NCBI GenBank assembly: GCA_964554835.1
Contig: CAZKQD010000003.1
Span: forward strand, 1-47,058
DNA from: an uncultured Planctomycetia bacterium
GTDB taxonomy: Bacteria > Omnitrophota > Gorgyraeia > JAGLLT01 > CAZKQD01
Direction of reading: 5' to 3'
Length of the DNA: 47,058 bases
The notes beneath the pieces are model-generated. The model saw only the letters and a list, made by a program, of their open reading frames with translations. It was not told the DNA's origin and did not search any database. The position numbers and the translations under genes are program-made. How positions within the stretch are numbered: the stretch's first letter is position 1; the number at the start of each line of letters is the position of its first letter. Shown in pieces: positions 9,373 to 19,633 of the stretch.

Positions 9373-10239
9373 GTGTTTCATCAGAGCCAAATTAAAAAAA
9401 TACTCATAAATCATAATATAAAACCCAGAAAAAGATTGGGTCAGAATTTTTTAATAGATAAGAATATAAATGATAAAATCTTAAAATATATAAATGCAAC
9501 CAAAGACGATATCATAATAGAAATAGGAGCAGGTTTTGGCAATTTGACAATACCTCTTGCGCAGTGCGCTTACAGAGTGTATGCCATAGAAAAAGATAAA
9601 AGAATTGCCGAGGTATTGAAAGAAAATCTTTCAAATTTTGATAATGCCTATGTAATAATAGATGATTTTCTAAAGGTAGAGTTAAGGGAAATTTTAAAGA
9701 ATAAATCCTTAAAAAATATTAAAGTGGTAGGTAATCTCCCTTATTATATAAGCAGTCCTGTAATATTTCGTCTAATGAACTACAGAAACAAAATCTCTTC
9801 TGCAATATTTATCTTTCAGAAAGAAGTAGCTGAACGTCTAATTGCAACTCCTCACAGTAGAAATTATGGTATATTGAGCTGCCTAATTAATCTTTATGCT
9901 GAAACTCATAAGATAACGAATATAAGCAAAAATTCATTTTATCCTAAACCGCAGGTAGATTCTTCTTTGATAAAGTTAGAATTTCTACCCAAGCCTAGAT
10001 TTAAAATAGACAATAACGATGTATTTGTTAAAGTTGTAAAAGCTGCTTTTTCAAAAAGAAGAAAATACATATTAAATGCCTTATCTACATATTACAATCT
10101 TAAACTTGATAAAAAATTGGCATCTTCTCTATTAGATAAATTAGATATAGATTACAAAACAAGAGCAGAAGACATTTATCCTGAAAATTATGCTAAATTA
10201 TCTAATTTGGTAACAAAAAGCCTTAAAGAAATTACGTAA
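9373..10239 (+). CDS. rsmA: 16S rRNA (adenine1518/1519-N6)-dimethyltransferase
   Basis: LGQNFLID, EIGAGFGNLT and VGNLPYYISSP motifs. GTG start. Confidence 0.9.
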   Translation: MFHQSQIKKILINHNIKPRKRLGQNFLIDKNINDKILKYINATKDDIIIEIGAGFGNLTIPLAQCAYRVYAIEKDKRIAEVLKENLSNFDNAYVIIDDFLKVELREILKNKSLKNIKVVGNLPYYISSPVIFRLMNYRNKISSAIFIFQKEVAERLIATPHSRNYGILSCLINLYAETHKITNISKNSFYPKPQVDSSLIKLEFLPKPRFKIDNNDVFVKVVKAAFSKRRKYILNALSTYYNLKLDKKLASSLLDKLDIDYKTRAEDIYPENYAKLSNLVTKSLKEIT

Positions 10240-10317
10240 CTTCAAGTATAATAGGGATTTGATTTGACTTTTAAATTTATCTATGTTATTGTTTAAAGGG
10301 AAGAAAGGATTTGCCTT

Positions 10318-10590
10318 ATGAATGTTAAATATGTCGCGGAGCTCGCAAAAATTAAGTTGAACCCTGCGCAAATTAAAAAATTAGAATCTCAATTTAGCGA
10401 CATACTTTCCTTTTTTAAGAATTTAGAGGAAATAGATACAAAAGAAGTTGCCCCGTGTGCTCATATCCTTCCTTTAAAGAACGTCTTAAGAGAAGATGCA
10501 GTTAAGCCATCTTTAAAAACAGAAGATGTTCTAAAGAATGCGCCGGAGAGAGAAAAAAACTTTTTTAGAGTTCCAAGGGTAATAAAATAA
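10318..10590 (+). CDS. gatC: Asp/Glu-tRNA amidotransferase subunit C
   Basis: 90-aa GatC-like protein (VAELAKIKLNPAQIKKLESQFSDILSFF) directly upstream of gatA, with an ATAATG stop/start junction. Confidence 0.9.
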   Translation: MNVKYVAELAKIKLNPAQIKKLESQFSDILSFFKNLEEIDTKEVAPCAHILPLKNVLREDAVKPSLKTEDVLKNAPEREKNFFRVPRVIK

Positions 10591-12023
10591 TGCAATTATC
10601 TAAATTAAGCGCGAGGCAGCTTACTGAATTGTTGAATTCTAAAGAAGTTAATCATTCTGATATAGTTAGGGCTGCATTGGAAAGAATAGATAAGATAGAT
10701 GATAAAATTCATGCTTTTGTGCTCGTAAACCATAATTTAGAGAAAGTCCAGAATAATTCAAGCAATAATAAGAAATTAGCAGGCATTCCGGTTGCTATAA
10801 AAGACAATATTTGTATTAAAGATGAGCTTACCACCTGCTCTTCTAAAATTCTAAAGAATTTTAGACCCCCCTATGATGCCACCGTTATAAAGAGATTAAA
10901 ACAAGAAGGAGCGGCGCTTTTAGGTAAAACCAACATGGATGAATTTGCTTTCGGTTCATCATGTGAAACATCCTGTTATGGACCAACAAAGAACCCCTGG
11001 GATTTATCCAGAATTCCGGGAGGCTCAAGCGGTGGTTCGGCAGCAGCTGTTGCAAGTGATGAGGTAGCTTTTGCTTTAGGTTCTGATACAGGGGGTTCAA
11101 TTAGGCAACCTGCAGCAATGTGTGGAGTCGTGGGCCTAAAACCTACATATGGGAGAATCTCGCGCTTCGGATTAATTGCTTTTGCCTCAAGTCTAGATCA
11201 AATAGGTCCCATAACAAAAACAGTTGAAGACGCTGCTTTAGTTATGAATATTATCTCAGGTTATGATAAATCAGACTCAACCTCATATGATGTGGAAGTA
11301 CCTGATTTTACTAAATCTTTGGTAAATAATATAAAGGGTGTAAAGATTGGGATACCTGATGAGTACTTTGTAGAAGGGATGGATAAAGAAGTAGAAAAAG
11401 CTGTTAAGGATGCTATAAAGTTACTCGAAGGTTTAGGCGCTGAGATAAAAAGAATTTCTCTTCCTTCTACAAAATATGCAGTGAGTACTTATTACTTGAT
11501 AGCTCCTGCTGAAGCCAGTTCTAATCTAGCTCGCTTTGACGGAGTGCAGTATGGACTAAGAAAGAAAGCAGACCGCTTAGGCGATATGTATAAATTAACA
11601 AGGGCTGAGGGCTTTGGCGAAGAGGCTATAAGAAGAATAATCCTTGGGACATATTCTTTAAGCAGTGGATATTATGAAGATTATTATCTTAAAGCCCAGA
11701 AAGTAAGGACTATTATTCAGGAGGAGTTCAAGAAGGCATTTAATGAAGTTGACTGCATAATTACTCCTACCTCACCAACAGTCGCCTTTAAGCTCGGCGA
11801 AAGAATTAATGATCCATTAAAGATGTATTTATCTGATATCTTTACAATTGGGGCTAATTTAGCAGGTATTCCAGCTATGTCTATTCCGTGTGGCTTCAAT
11901 AGTGAGAATTTACCGATAGGATTACAGATTTTAGCTAATCTTTTTAATGAAGGAGCAATATTTAAGGTTGCCTATGCTTATCAGGAAAATACCGGTTGGC
12001 ATAAAAGAAAACCAAAGCTATGA
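10590..12023 (+). CDS. gatA: Asp/Glu-tRNA amidotransferase subunit A
   Basis: Amidase signature GGSSGGSAAAVA and GSDTGGSIRQPA. Confidence 0.95.
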   Translation: MQLSKLSARQLTELLNSKEVNHSDIVRAALERIDKIDDKIHAFVLVNHNLEKVQNNSSNNKKLAGIPVAIKDNICIKDELTTCSSKILKNFRPPYDATVIKRLKQEGAALLGKTNMDEFAFGSSCETSCYGPTKNPWDLSRIPGGSSGGSAAAVASDEVAFALGSDTGGSIRQPAAMCGVVGLKPTYGRISRFGLIAFASSLDQIGPITKTVEDAALVMNIISGYDKSDSTSYDVEVPDFTKSLVNNIKGVKIGIPDEYFVEGMDKEVEKAVKDAIKLLEGLGAEIKRISLPSTKYAVSTYYLIAPAEASSNLARFDGVQYGLRKKADRLGDMYKLTRAEGFGEEAIRRIILGTYSLSSGYYEDYYLKAQKVRTIIQEEFKKAFNEVDCIITPTSPTVAFKLGERINDPLKMYLSDIFTIGANLAGIPAMSIPCGFNSENLPIGLQILANLFNEGAIFKVAYAYQENTGWHKRKPKL

Positions 12024-13468
12024 AATATAAAACTGTAATTGGCCTAGAGGTGCATGTTCAACTTTTAACCCAATCAAAAATGTTCTGTTCATGCAGTACT
12101 GTTTTTGGCAGAGAACCCAATTCTCAAACGTGTCCTGTCTGTTTAGGACTTCCTGGCTCCCTTCCTGTTTTAAACAAAGAAGTTCTGAATTTAAGCATTA
12201 AGGCAGCCTTATCTTTAAAGTGTAAAATTAACCATAGGATGAGGTTTGATAGAAAAAATTATTTCTATCCTGATTTACCTAAAGATTACCAAATTTCTCA
12301 ATATGATATGCCTCTTGCTAAAGCAGGACATCTGGATATAACAACAGATGGCAAAACTAAATCTATTAGAATAACAAGGGTGCATTTAGAAGAAGATGCA
12401 GGAAAACTCATTCATATTGAAACAGGGAGTTTAGTTGATTTTAACCGATGCGGGATACCTTTAATTGAGATAGTGTCTGAACCAGATATAAATTCACCCG
12501 AAGAAGCTTATAATTATTTAATTGAACTTAAAAATATTTTAAATTATCTGCAGATTTCCGATTGTAATATGGAGGAAGGAAACCTAAGATGTGATGCTAA
12601 TATATCGGTTAATCCTGTTACTTCTGATAAAATGGGCATAAAGTCTGAGGTCAAAAATATGAATTCTTTTAAAGCGGTTAGAAATGCCTTAAATTATGAG
12701 ATTGAACGTCAGAAGAAACTATACGAGCAAGGCAAAAGGGTAATTCAGGAAACCCGCCTCTGGGATGAGAATGAGAAGAAAACTTTTTCAATGAGAACGA
12801 AAGAAGAAGCCCATGATTATAGATACTTTCCAGAGCCAGATTTACCTAAGTTTGAGATTGAAAAAGAGCAAATTGAGAAACTTAAAAGGTTACTTCCAGA
12901 ATTGCCTGCTAAGCGGCGAGGTAGATTTATAAAAGATTATGGACTTTCAGAATATGATGCAGGAGTTCTGACATCAAGTAAGTCCTTAGCTGATTATTTT
13001 GAGGAGAGTTGTAAAATTTATGATGAGCCGAAGTTTATAGCCAACTGGCTGATGGGGGCAATTTCTGCTATACTAAAACAGAAAAAAGAAAACTTCTCCA
13101 GCATAAAACTTAAACCAGATACTTTTATGAGCATGCTAAAATTTGTAAAAGAAGGCAAAATAAATGCTAATACTGCAAAGGAGATTGTTCTCCCTGAAAT
13201 AATAGATGGTGAAAAAACGCCAAGCGATGTCATAGATGAAAGAGACATAACTCAAGTATCAAGCGGAGATAAGTTAGGTGAAATTATTAGCGAAGTAATT
13301 AAGGAAAATCCAAAACCTGTAGAAGATTTCAAAGAAGGCAAAAAAAATGCTATAATATATTTGGTAGGTCAGGTAATGAGGCAGACAAAAGGTAAAGCTA
13401 ACCCCAAAATTGTAAGTGAGATGTTGACTAATAAATTACAAGGAGATATGAACAATGCCAAAGCGTAG
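12020..13468 (+). CDS. gatB: Asp/Glu-tRNA amidotransferase subunit B
   Basis: IGLEVHVQL, CPVCLGLPG, RCDANISV and a C-terminal YqeY-like tail. 4-nt overlap with gatA. Confidence 0.95.
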   Translation: MKYKTVIGLEVHVQLLTQSKMFCSCSTVFGREPNSQTCPVCLGLPGSLPVLNKEVLNLSIKAALSLKCKINHRMRFDRKNYFYPDLPKDYQISQYDMPLAKAGHLDITTDGKTKSIRITRVHLEEDAGKLIHIETGSLVDFNRCGIPLIEIVSEPDINSPEEAYNYLIELKNILNYLQISDCNMEEGNLRCDANISVNPVTSDKMGIKSEVKNMNSFKAVRNALNYEIERQKKLYEQGKRVIQETRLWDENEKKTFSMRTKEEAHDYRYFPEPDLPKFEIEKEQIEKLKRLLPELPAKRRGRFIKDYGLSEYDAGVLTSSKSLADYFEESCKIYDEPKFIANWLMGAISAILKQKKENFSSIKLKPDTFMSMLKFVKEGKINANTAKEIVLPEIIDGEKTPSDVIDERDITQVSSGDKLGEIISEVIKENPKPVEDFKEGKKNAIIYLVGQVMRQTKGKANPKIVSEMLTNKLQGDMNNAKA

Positions 13469-14729
13469 GATTTTCATATGGATAATTATTACAGTCTTAT
13501 TTGTAAGTTTAGGTTTGGATAGTGGATTTTGCTTACAGAGAACAGAAAAAGAGCAAAAAACATATAAAGCATTGCAGCTCTTCAGTGATGCGATTTCGAT
13601 AATAGAAGATAGTTATGTTGAAGAAATAGATTCAAAAGATTTAATTTACGGCGCCATGAGCGGTATGCTTTCATCTCTTGATCCTTATAGTCAATTTCTA
13701 AATCCAGATGAATATAAGGAAATGCAGGTTCAAACAGAAGGTGAATTCGGAGGCTTAGGAATTAGAATCGCAGTTAAGGATAGGATTTTGACGGTTATTA
13801 CCCCCTTACATGGAACCCCGGCAGATAAAGCAGGGATTGAGGCAAACGATAGAATTATTAAGATTGACGGTGAATCAACGGAAGGGATAACTTTGCGGGG
13901 CGCTGTCAAAAAATTAAGAGGGGAGCCGGGAACAAAAGTAACCTTAACTATTTTTAGAGAAGAGGAAGGCGAGATATTTGATATTGCAATAGTTCGTGAT
14001 ATCATAAAGATAGAAAGTTTAAAGGGAGGCTATATTATTGAAGATAATATTGGATATATAAAATTAATTGAATTTCAAGAAGATACCTCAAAAGAGTTTA
14101 AGAAGGCTATTCTTAAATTAAAAAAAGAAAAAATGGATAGTTTAATTCTTGATTTAAGAAATAACCCCGGTGGATTATTGAATTCTGCTGTAGATATAAC
14201 TGATATGTTAATTAATGAGGAAGGGATTATAGTTTCAACAAATGCCAGAACAGAGAAAGAATCTTATATTTACAAAACAAGAAAGGATGCGCTTATAGCA
14301 GATGATATGCCTATGGTTGTTTTGGTAAATGAAGGCAGCGCAAGTGGAGCAGAAATTGTAGCAGGAGCCCTACAAGATTATAAAAGAGCCATCCTTTTAG
14401 GCGCTAAAACGTTTGGTAAAGGGTCAGTTCAAACCATTATTCCATTAGGTGACGGATCTGCTTTAAGAGTTACTACCAGTAAGTACTTCTTGCCTAGTGG
14501 CCGCTCAATTCATGAAAAAGGGATAACTCCAGATATTATAGTTAATAAGACAAAAATACAGAAGATAGATAAAGAGGAAAAACCAGAGAAAATATTTGAA
14601 AAATTAAAAAAGGGAGAGAAATTAGAGATTTTAAAAGATGATGAATATGATTATCAGCTAAAAAGAGCCATAGATTTAATAAAGGGTCTTGAAATTTATT
14701 CAGAAAGATATTCAAAAATTGAAAAATAG
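13455..14729 (+). CDS. ctpA: Carboxy-terminal processing protease (S41 family)
   Basis: PDZ segment (GIEANDRIIKIDG), Ser context NEGSASGAEIVAGALQD and Lys context TFGKGSVQ. N-terminal membrane anchor. Confidence 0.9.
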   Translation: MPKRRIFIWIIITVLFVSLGLDSGFCLQRTEKEQKTYKALQLFSDAISIIEDSYVEEIDSKDLIYGAMSGMLSSLDPYSQFLNPDEYKEMQVQTEGEFGGLGIRIAVKDRILTVITPLHGTPADKAGIEANDRIIKIDGESTEGITLRGAVKKLRGEPGTKVTLTIFREEEGEIFDIAIVRDIIKIESLKGGYIIEDNIGYIKLIEFQEDTSKEFKKAILKLKKEKMDSLILDLRNNPGGLLNSAVDITDMLINEEGIIVSTNARTEKESYIYKTRKDALIADDMPMVVLVNEGSASGAEIVAGALQDYKRAILLGAKTFGKGSVQTIIPLGDGSALRVTTSKYFLPSGRSIHEKGITPDIIVNKTKIQKIDKEEKPEKIFEKLKKGEKLEILKDDEYDYQLKRAIDLIKGLEIYSERYSKIEK

Positions 14730-15813
14730 TCTAAAATATACATTTATCTTAAGTATTATTTTATTTCTTATAACTGGAGGATGTTCTCGAGAGAAAGTCA
14801 TCAGTTTAAACGAAAAGATAAATCGGATAGATATTGCCATTAGCAAGACAATAGCAGATTTTGATATCAACTCATCTAATCTTTTTGAAGAGATATACCA
14901 GATAAAAGAGAAGAATGATACAACATTTACTTTTATAGAAAAAACCTATCGCATAAAAAATAAGGCAGTTGATTTTAAAGATGTATTAAAAAAATTAGAT
15001 AAAAATTTAACTGAACTTAGCGCATCAATTACAAGAAGTAAATTTTCCTATTTAGAGAATTATAATTTAGCAACTTTTGACATTAAAACCCGAGGCTTAA
15101 AAGTTTACACTTTAAATCTCGAATCAGTTTCAAAGAAGAAATCTTGTCCAAAAATCGCCATAGTTATTGATGATTGGGGATATAATTTAAATAATTTAGG
15201 AAGAGTCTGGGATTTAGATATTCCTATGACATTTTCAATACTGCCAAATTTACCTTATTCAACTGTGATAGCCAAAGAGGCAATTAAAAAAAATTATGAG
15301 GTTATTTTGCATCTTCCCATGGAGTCTCACAATGCAGCAGCCAATGAAAAACATGTAGTTAAAACAGGCATGAATGGTAGGCAGATAGCTGAAATTTTAA
15401 AACGAGCTCTAATAACAGTTCCTCAAGCTAAAGGCGTCTCAAACCATATGGGCTCTAAGGCAACTGAAGATAAAGATATTCTAAAGATATTATTTAGACA
15501 GATGAAGAAAAATGATTTATATTTCTTAGATAGCCTTGTGACTAATAGAACTAAATCGGAAGAAGCTGCAAAAGAAGTGGGTTTAAAAATTGCCAAACGT
15601 TCAGTCTTTATAGACAACAGAACTGACTTTGATTATATCAAAAAACAGATGCAGGAGTTGGTTGCTATTGCTAAGGCAAAAGGTGAAGCTATAGGCATAG
15701 GGCATGATAAAAAGAGCACTCTTTTAGCTTTAAAAGAGATTGTCCCAGAGTTAAAAAAAGAAAATATAGATTTTGTTTATTTATCTGAAATGGTAAAGCC
15801 CGTTAGAGATTGA
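14689..15813 (+). CDS. Divergent polysaccharide deacetylase family (YibQ-like) lipoprotein
   Basis: IAIVIDDWGYN, FSILPNLPYS, HLPMES and NHMGS motifs typical of the YibQ family. ITGGC lipobox. Confidence 0.75.
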   Translation: MKFIQKDIQKLKNSLKYTFILSIILFLITGGCSREKVISLNEKINRIDIAISKTIADFDINSSNLFEEIYQIKEKNDTTFTFIEKTYRIKNKAVDFKDVLKKLDKNLTELSASITRSKFSYLENYNLATFDIKTRGLKVYTLNLESVSKKKSCPKIAIVIDDWGYNLNNLGRVWDLDIPMTFSILPNLPYSTVIAKEAIKKNYEVILHLPMESHNAAANEKHVVKTGMNGRQIAEILKRALITVPQAKGVSNHMGSKATEDKDILKILFRQMKKNDLYFLDSLVTNRTKSEEAAKEVGLKIAKRSVFIDNRTDFDYIKKQMQELVAIAKAKGEAIGIGHDKKSTLLALKEIVPELKKENIDFVYLSEMVKPVRD

Positions 15814-15829
15814 GGAAGTCTCTAACGGG
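15799..15829 (+). terminator. Perfect 11-bp hairpin spanning the yibQ-like stop codon
   Basis: CCCGTTAGAGA (15799-15809) pairs with TCTCTAACGGG (15819-15829). The TGA stop lies in the loop. No U tract follows, so function as a terminator is uncertain. Confidence 0.4.
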
Positions 15830-15858
15830 GTAAACCCCAGTTAGCGAAATAGAGTAAA

Positions 15859-16890
15859 ATGTTGACTTTAGGCATTGAGACCTCATGTGATGAAACTGCT
15901 GCCTCAGTAGTAAAAGATGAAAGGGAAATATTGTCCAGCGTAGTTTTATCTAGTATGGAGTTACATAAAAAATTTGGCGGCGTAATTCCAGAAATCGCTC
16001 ATAGGTTTCATTTAAAGTTCATAAATGAAGTAGTTGAAGACGCGATAAAGAAAGCAAAAATTGACCTAACATCAATTGATATAATAGCTACTACTTACGG
16101 GCCGGGTTTAATGGGTGCACTTTTAGTTGGTGTATGTTTTGCTAAATCCTTAAGTTTTGCAGTAAATAAACCTTTGATTGGAGTTAATCATCTACAGGCT
16201 CATCTATATTCAGCATTGATGAGCAATAGAATTGAGTTTCCCTTCGTGGGTTTAATTATATCAGGTGGTCATACTGCCTTAGTCTTAGTTAGAGATTATG
16301 ATAAATATACTCTTTTAGGTCAAACTCAGGATGATGCAGCGGGAGAAGCTTTTGATAAGGTGGCTAATCTCTTAAGACTCGGATATCCAGGAGGGCCTAT
16401 TATTGATAAGCTGACAAGAAAAGCAAATGGTAAAGGAGTTAAATTTCCTCGTTCATATTTAGGAAAGGATTCGTTGAATTTCAGTTTTAGCGGACTCAAG
16501 ACTGCAGTTTTGTATTATATAAAAGATCACTATGATAATAGAGAAATTCCTAAACAGGATAAGATTAACATTGCATTTGAGTTTCAAGAGTCAGTGGTTG
16601 ATGTTTTAATTTATAAATCGTTGTTTGCTTGTAAGCAATATAAGGTTAGTAGATTAGCTATAGGAGGTGGAGTCAGCCGCAATAGTCGATTAAGAGAACG
16701 TATATACAAGGAAACAGATGAGGAGAATATTAACGTTTATTTCCCTGACTATAAACTGTGTCCGGATAATGCAGCTATGATTGCTGGTTTAGGTTATCAA
16801 CTATATAAGAAAAATTACGTGTCTGACTTTTATCTAACTCCAAAGGCCGATTTGAGTGTCAAATATGAGGGTAAGGAGGCATTAAAATGA
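15859..16890 (+). CDS. tsaD: tRNA N6-adenosine threonylcarbamoyltransferase
   Basis: GIETSCDETAA, VNHLQAHL, SGGHT and GGGVSRNSRLR motifs. Confidence 0.95.
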   Translation: MLTLGIETSCDETAASVVKDEREILSSVVLSSMELHKKFGGVIPEIAHRFHLKFINEVVEDAIKKAKIDLTSIDIIATTYGPGLMGALLVGVCFAKSLSFAVNKPLIGVNHLQAHLYSALMSNRIEFPFVGLIISGGHTALVLVRDYDKYTLLGQTQDDAAGEAFDKVANLLRLGYPGGPIIDKLTRKANGKGVKFPRSYLGKDSLNFSFSGLKTAVLYYIKDHYDNREIPKQDKINIAFEFQESVVDVLIYKSLFACKQYKVSRLAIGGGVSRNSRLRERIYKETDEENINVYFPDYKLCPDNAAMIAGLGYQLYKKNYVSDFYLTPKADLSVKYEGKEALK

Positions 16891-17327
16891 TAGAGAATAC
16901 AGATGTTATATACAGATTAATTTTAGCAGTGATACTTAGCGGACTAATTGGCTTAGAAAGAGAAATCCACGGCAGAGAAGCGGGCCTCAGGACTCATATC
17001 TTAGTAGGTATAGGCGCTTCCTTAATTATGCTAACCTCCATATATATTGCCAGCCAGTACGGTGTGGGTAATCCTGCTGATCCTGGGAGAGTCGCAGCTG
17101 GTGTGGTTACAGGTATTGGATTTATTGGCGCAGGAGCGATTATAAGATCTCGCGCATCAATTAAAGGCCTTACCACAGCGGCAAGTTTATGGGCTACAGC
17201 CGGTATAGGTTTAGCTATTGGCTCTGGTTTTTATTTAGGAGCATTAATAACTACTATCCTAATTCTATTTTCTTTAATTTTCTTAGGAAAGATTGAGCGT
17301 TTCATTCATTGCAAGGAGGTGAGATAA
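16887..17327 (+). CDS. MgtC/SapB family membrane protein (short form)
   Basis: GLEREIHGREAGLRTH motif followed by several hydrophobic helices. 146 aa. Confidence 0.8.
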   Translation: MIENTDVIYRLILAVILSGLIGLEREIHGREAGLRTHILVGIGASLIMLTSIYIASQYGVGNPADPGRVAAGVVTGIGFIGAGAIIRSRASIKGLTTAASLWATAGIGLAIGSGFYLGALITTILILFSLIFLGKIERFIHCKEVR

Positions 17328-17331
17328 AGAA

Positions 17332-17874
17332 ATGTTTAAGAAGTCAAGGAGGTCAAAAAAAGAGAACGTTAAAACTCTTGATATGGATGCAAGCATGCAA
17401 GGAAGGCTTGTATTTCGCGACCCTGTAGATTTAAAAATTAGCGGGAAATTTGAAGGAAGTCTGGATGCTAAAGGAAATTTGACCATTGGTGAAGGAGCTG
17501 TGGTAAATGCAGAGATAACTGGTGAGAATATAAGAATTTCTGGTAAAGTAGTAGGAAATATTACTGCAACTTCAAAATTGATACTTTCAAGTGGAGCCCA
17601 TGTAATAGGTGATATTAATACATCTTCTTTGGTAGTGGAAGAAGGAGCTTTTTTGCAGGGTAATTGCCACATGGTGACTCAGGGAGAAAAAAGTGCCAAG
17701 CCCAAGAAACAAACTCTAAATCGCAGACAACTGGCTGAGTATTTAGAGGTAGAACTTGAGACTGTGGACGAATGGATTGAAAATCGTAAAATCCCGGCTT
17801 TTAAAGAGAACAATGAGTGGAAGTTTGATAAATCTAAAATAGATGCTTGGGTAGCTACTGAAAAAGTTAAATAG
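17332..17874 (+). CDS. Bactofilin domain protein with C-terminal excisionase-type helix-turn-helix
   Basis: Bactofilin beta-helix repeats (ISGKFEGSLDAKGNLTIGEGAVVNAEITGENIRISGKVVGNITATSKLILSSGAHVIGDI). The tail LNRRQLAEYLEVELETVDEWIENRKIPAFKENNEWKFDKSKIDAWV resembles HTH_17/excisionase-family domains. Confidence 0.7.
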   Translation: MFKKSRRSKKENVKTLDMDASMQGRLVFRDPVDLKISGKFEGSLDAKGNLTIGEGAVVNAEITGENIRISGKVVGNITATSKLILSSGAHVIGDINTSSLVVEEGAFLQGNCHMVTQGEKSAKPKKQTLNRRQLAEYLEVELETVDEWIENRKIPAFKENNEWKFDKSKIDAWVATEKVK

Positions 17875-18041
17875 TTTCCGCTGAAAAAGTTTGGAAACTA
17901 TAGTTACACCGCGTAATTTTTTACAAATCAGCGTAATCAGACCTGCCCGCCGAACATTCTGTTCTATGGCAGGCGGGGATTTCTGAGGTTTTTTCAGAGA
18001 TCTCATTAAAGGAATATTTTACATTAATTTTTGAGAATCCA

Positions 18042-18386
18042 ATGAGTCAAGAAAAATTACTAAGTTTAAAAGCTGCTGCTGAATATTTAGGCATTTCTGA
18101 AAGCAGGCTAAAAGAACTGGCAGAATTTGGAATAATACCTGCTTATAGGATTGCTGGTATTCATTTAAGGTTTAGGAAGAACCAACTTGAAAAAATTAAA
18201 GATAAAATGCAGGCCATTCAAACACAATATTCAAGATATCAGGAAATTCGTTCGAGCAATAAAAAAGATAGTTACACATACTACGATAGAATAAGAGACT
18301 TTTGGCATTTTTATGATTTTTATATTGTGAGTCTTGCAATTATTGTTATTATATTAATTTTTATATTTCGGTTAAGTATTAAATAA
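18042..18386 (+). CDS. Excisionase-type HTH protein with C-terminal transmembrane helix
   Basis: LSLKAAAEYLGISESRLKELAEFGIIPAYRIAGIHLRFRKNQLEKI (HTH_17-like), then the hydrophobic tail FYIVSLAIIVIILIFIF. No clear SD before the ATG. Confidence 0.55.
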   Translation: MSQEKLLSLKAAAEYLGISESRLKELAEFGIIPAYRIAGIHLRFRKNQLEKIKDKMQAIQTQYSRYQEIRSSNKKDSYTYYDRIRDFWHFYDFYIVSLAIIVIILIFIFRLSIK

Positions 18387-18411
18387 AGAGTTATAAAAAA
18401 ATCGGTATTTT

Positions 18412-19632
18412 ATGGGGCCAGAACTAATTTTTTTAATTGTTGCTATAATATTAGGTTTTTATATGGCCTGGAATATAGGGGCCAATGATATGGCCAATTC
18501 CATGGCCAGTGCTGTTGGCGCCAAAGCCATAACATTAAAACAGGCCGTTATCATTGGCTCTATTCTTTGCTTTGTTGGCGCCACTTTTGCGGGATCTCAT
18601 GTTACAGACACCATAAGAAAAGGCATAGTCGATCCTTCTGCTATTGGTAACTTAGATATAATAATTAAAGGTCTTCTGGCAAGTTTAATTGCTGCAAGTT
18701 TATGGATTACTTTTGCTACCTGGTTTAGCTGGCCAGTCTCAACTACTCATTCAATTGTAGGAGCGCTGGTGGGATTTGGTTTATTTGCTGCAGGTATGAA
18801 TTCAATCAACTGGGGGAAATTAATAGGAGTAGCTTTGAGCTGGATTACTTCTCCTTTACTGGCTGGTATTTTAGGATTTGTTATTTTTAGAATAATTCGT
18901 AAGTTCATTTTGACAGTTGATGATAGAGGAAAAGCGTGTTTGAAAATTATGCCGACATTTATAGGGCTGACATTTTTTATAATTGCCAGTTCGCTATTTT
19001 TTAAAACTCCAATTGGGAAGAAGATACATCTTACATCATTTGAGAGTGTTTCCGTTGCTATAATTGTAGGTATTATAAGTACAATCTGTAGCTACTTTTG
19101 GGTGCAAAGGGCAATAAATAAAGGCAGGGAAGTTGAAGATATATTTAAAAGGATTCAGGTTATGACATCGTCTTATATTGCTTTTTCTATTGGCACAAAT
19201 GATGTTGCAAATGCTATCGGACCAGTTGCTGGCATCTTTAGCATGCTTAAAAATAGTAATCTTCAGAGCAAAGTTGAAGTTCCCATTGTGCTTTTAGCTT
19301 TAGGAGGTATAGGCATAGCCATAGGCATGTATACCTGGGGTTATCGGGTTATTGAGACGGTTGGCAGAAAAATTACAACCTTAACCAATTCAAGGGGTTT
19401 CTCTATAGATTTTTCAGCAGCCACAAGCGTCTTATTAGCATCAAAATTAGGTATGCCTGTATCTACTACCCATGCAGTAATTGGAGCTGTTTGCGGAGTA
19501 GGTTTAGCCAGAGGTTTAGACGCAGTTGATTTTAGGATAGTTAAAAAGATAGTTATATCCTGGATAGCTACAATACCAGCTGCGGCAGGTACCTGTATTT
19601 TATTCTTTAAACTTTTTATGTGGCTTTTTTAA
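18412..19632 (+). CDS. Inorganic phosphate transporter, PiT family
   Basis: Duplicated GANDMANS / GTNDVANAIGP signature motifs. Polytopic membrane protein of 406 aa. Confidence 0.9.
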   Translation: MGPELIFLIVAIILGFYMAWNIGANDMANSMASAVGAKAITLKQAVIIGSILCFVGATFAGSHVTDTIRKGIVDPSAIGNLDIIIKGLLASLIAASLWITFATWFSWPVSTTHSIVGALVGFGLFAAGMNSINWGKLIGVALSWITSPLLAGILGFVIFRIIRKFILTVDDRGKACLKIMPTFIGLTFFIIASSLFFKTPIGKKIHLTSFESVSVAIIVGIISTICSYFWVQRAINKGREVEDIFKRIQVMTSSYIAFSIGTNDVANAIGPVAGIFSMLKNSNLQSKVEVPIVLLALGGIGIAIGMYTWGYRVIETVGRKITTLTNSRGFSIDFSAATSVLLASKLGMPVSTTHAVIGAVCGVGLARGLDAVDFRIVKKIVISWIATIPAAAGTCILFFKLFMWLF

Positions 19633-19633
19633 T

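Noticed and set aside
10259-10287. Possible promoter TTGATT-17-TATGTT upstream of gatC; also TATAAT at 19758-19763 before the DUF47 gene
   Set aside because: The first has a weak -10 and the second has no acceptable -35. In AT-rich DNA such partial matches are expected by chance, so they are not listed as features.
17942-17998. GC-rich hairpin (CCCGCC...GGCGGG) plus T-run after the bactofilin gene as an intrinsic terminator
   Set aside because: The stem is only 6 bp with a 20-nt loop. The T-run is separated from it and is itself part of a second small hairpin. It is plausible but too weak to annotate confidently.
17332-18386. Excisionase-type HTH genes as evidence of a prophage or integrative element
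   Set aside because: No integrase, recombinase, att-like direct repeats, phage structural genes or tRNA target are present in the flanks. The neighbours are housekeeping genes on the same strand.
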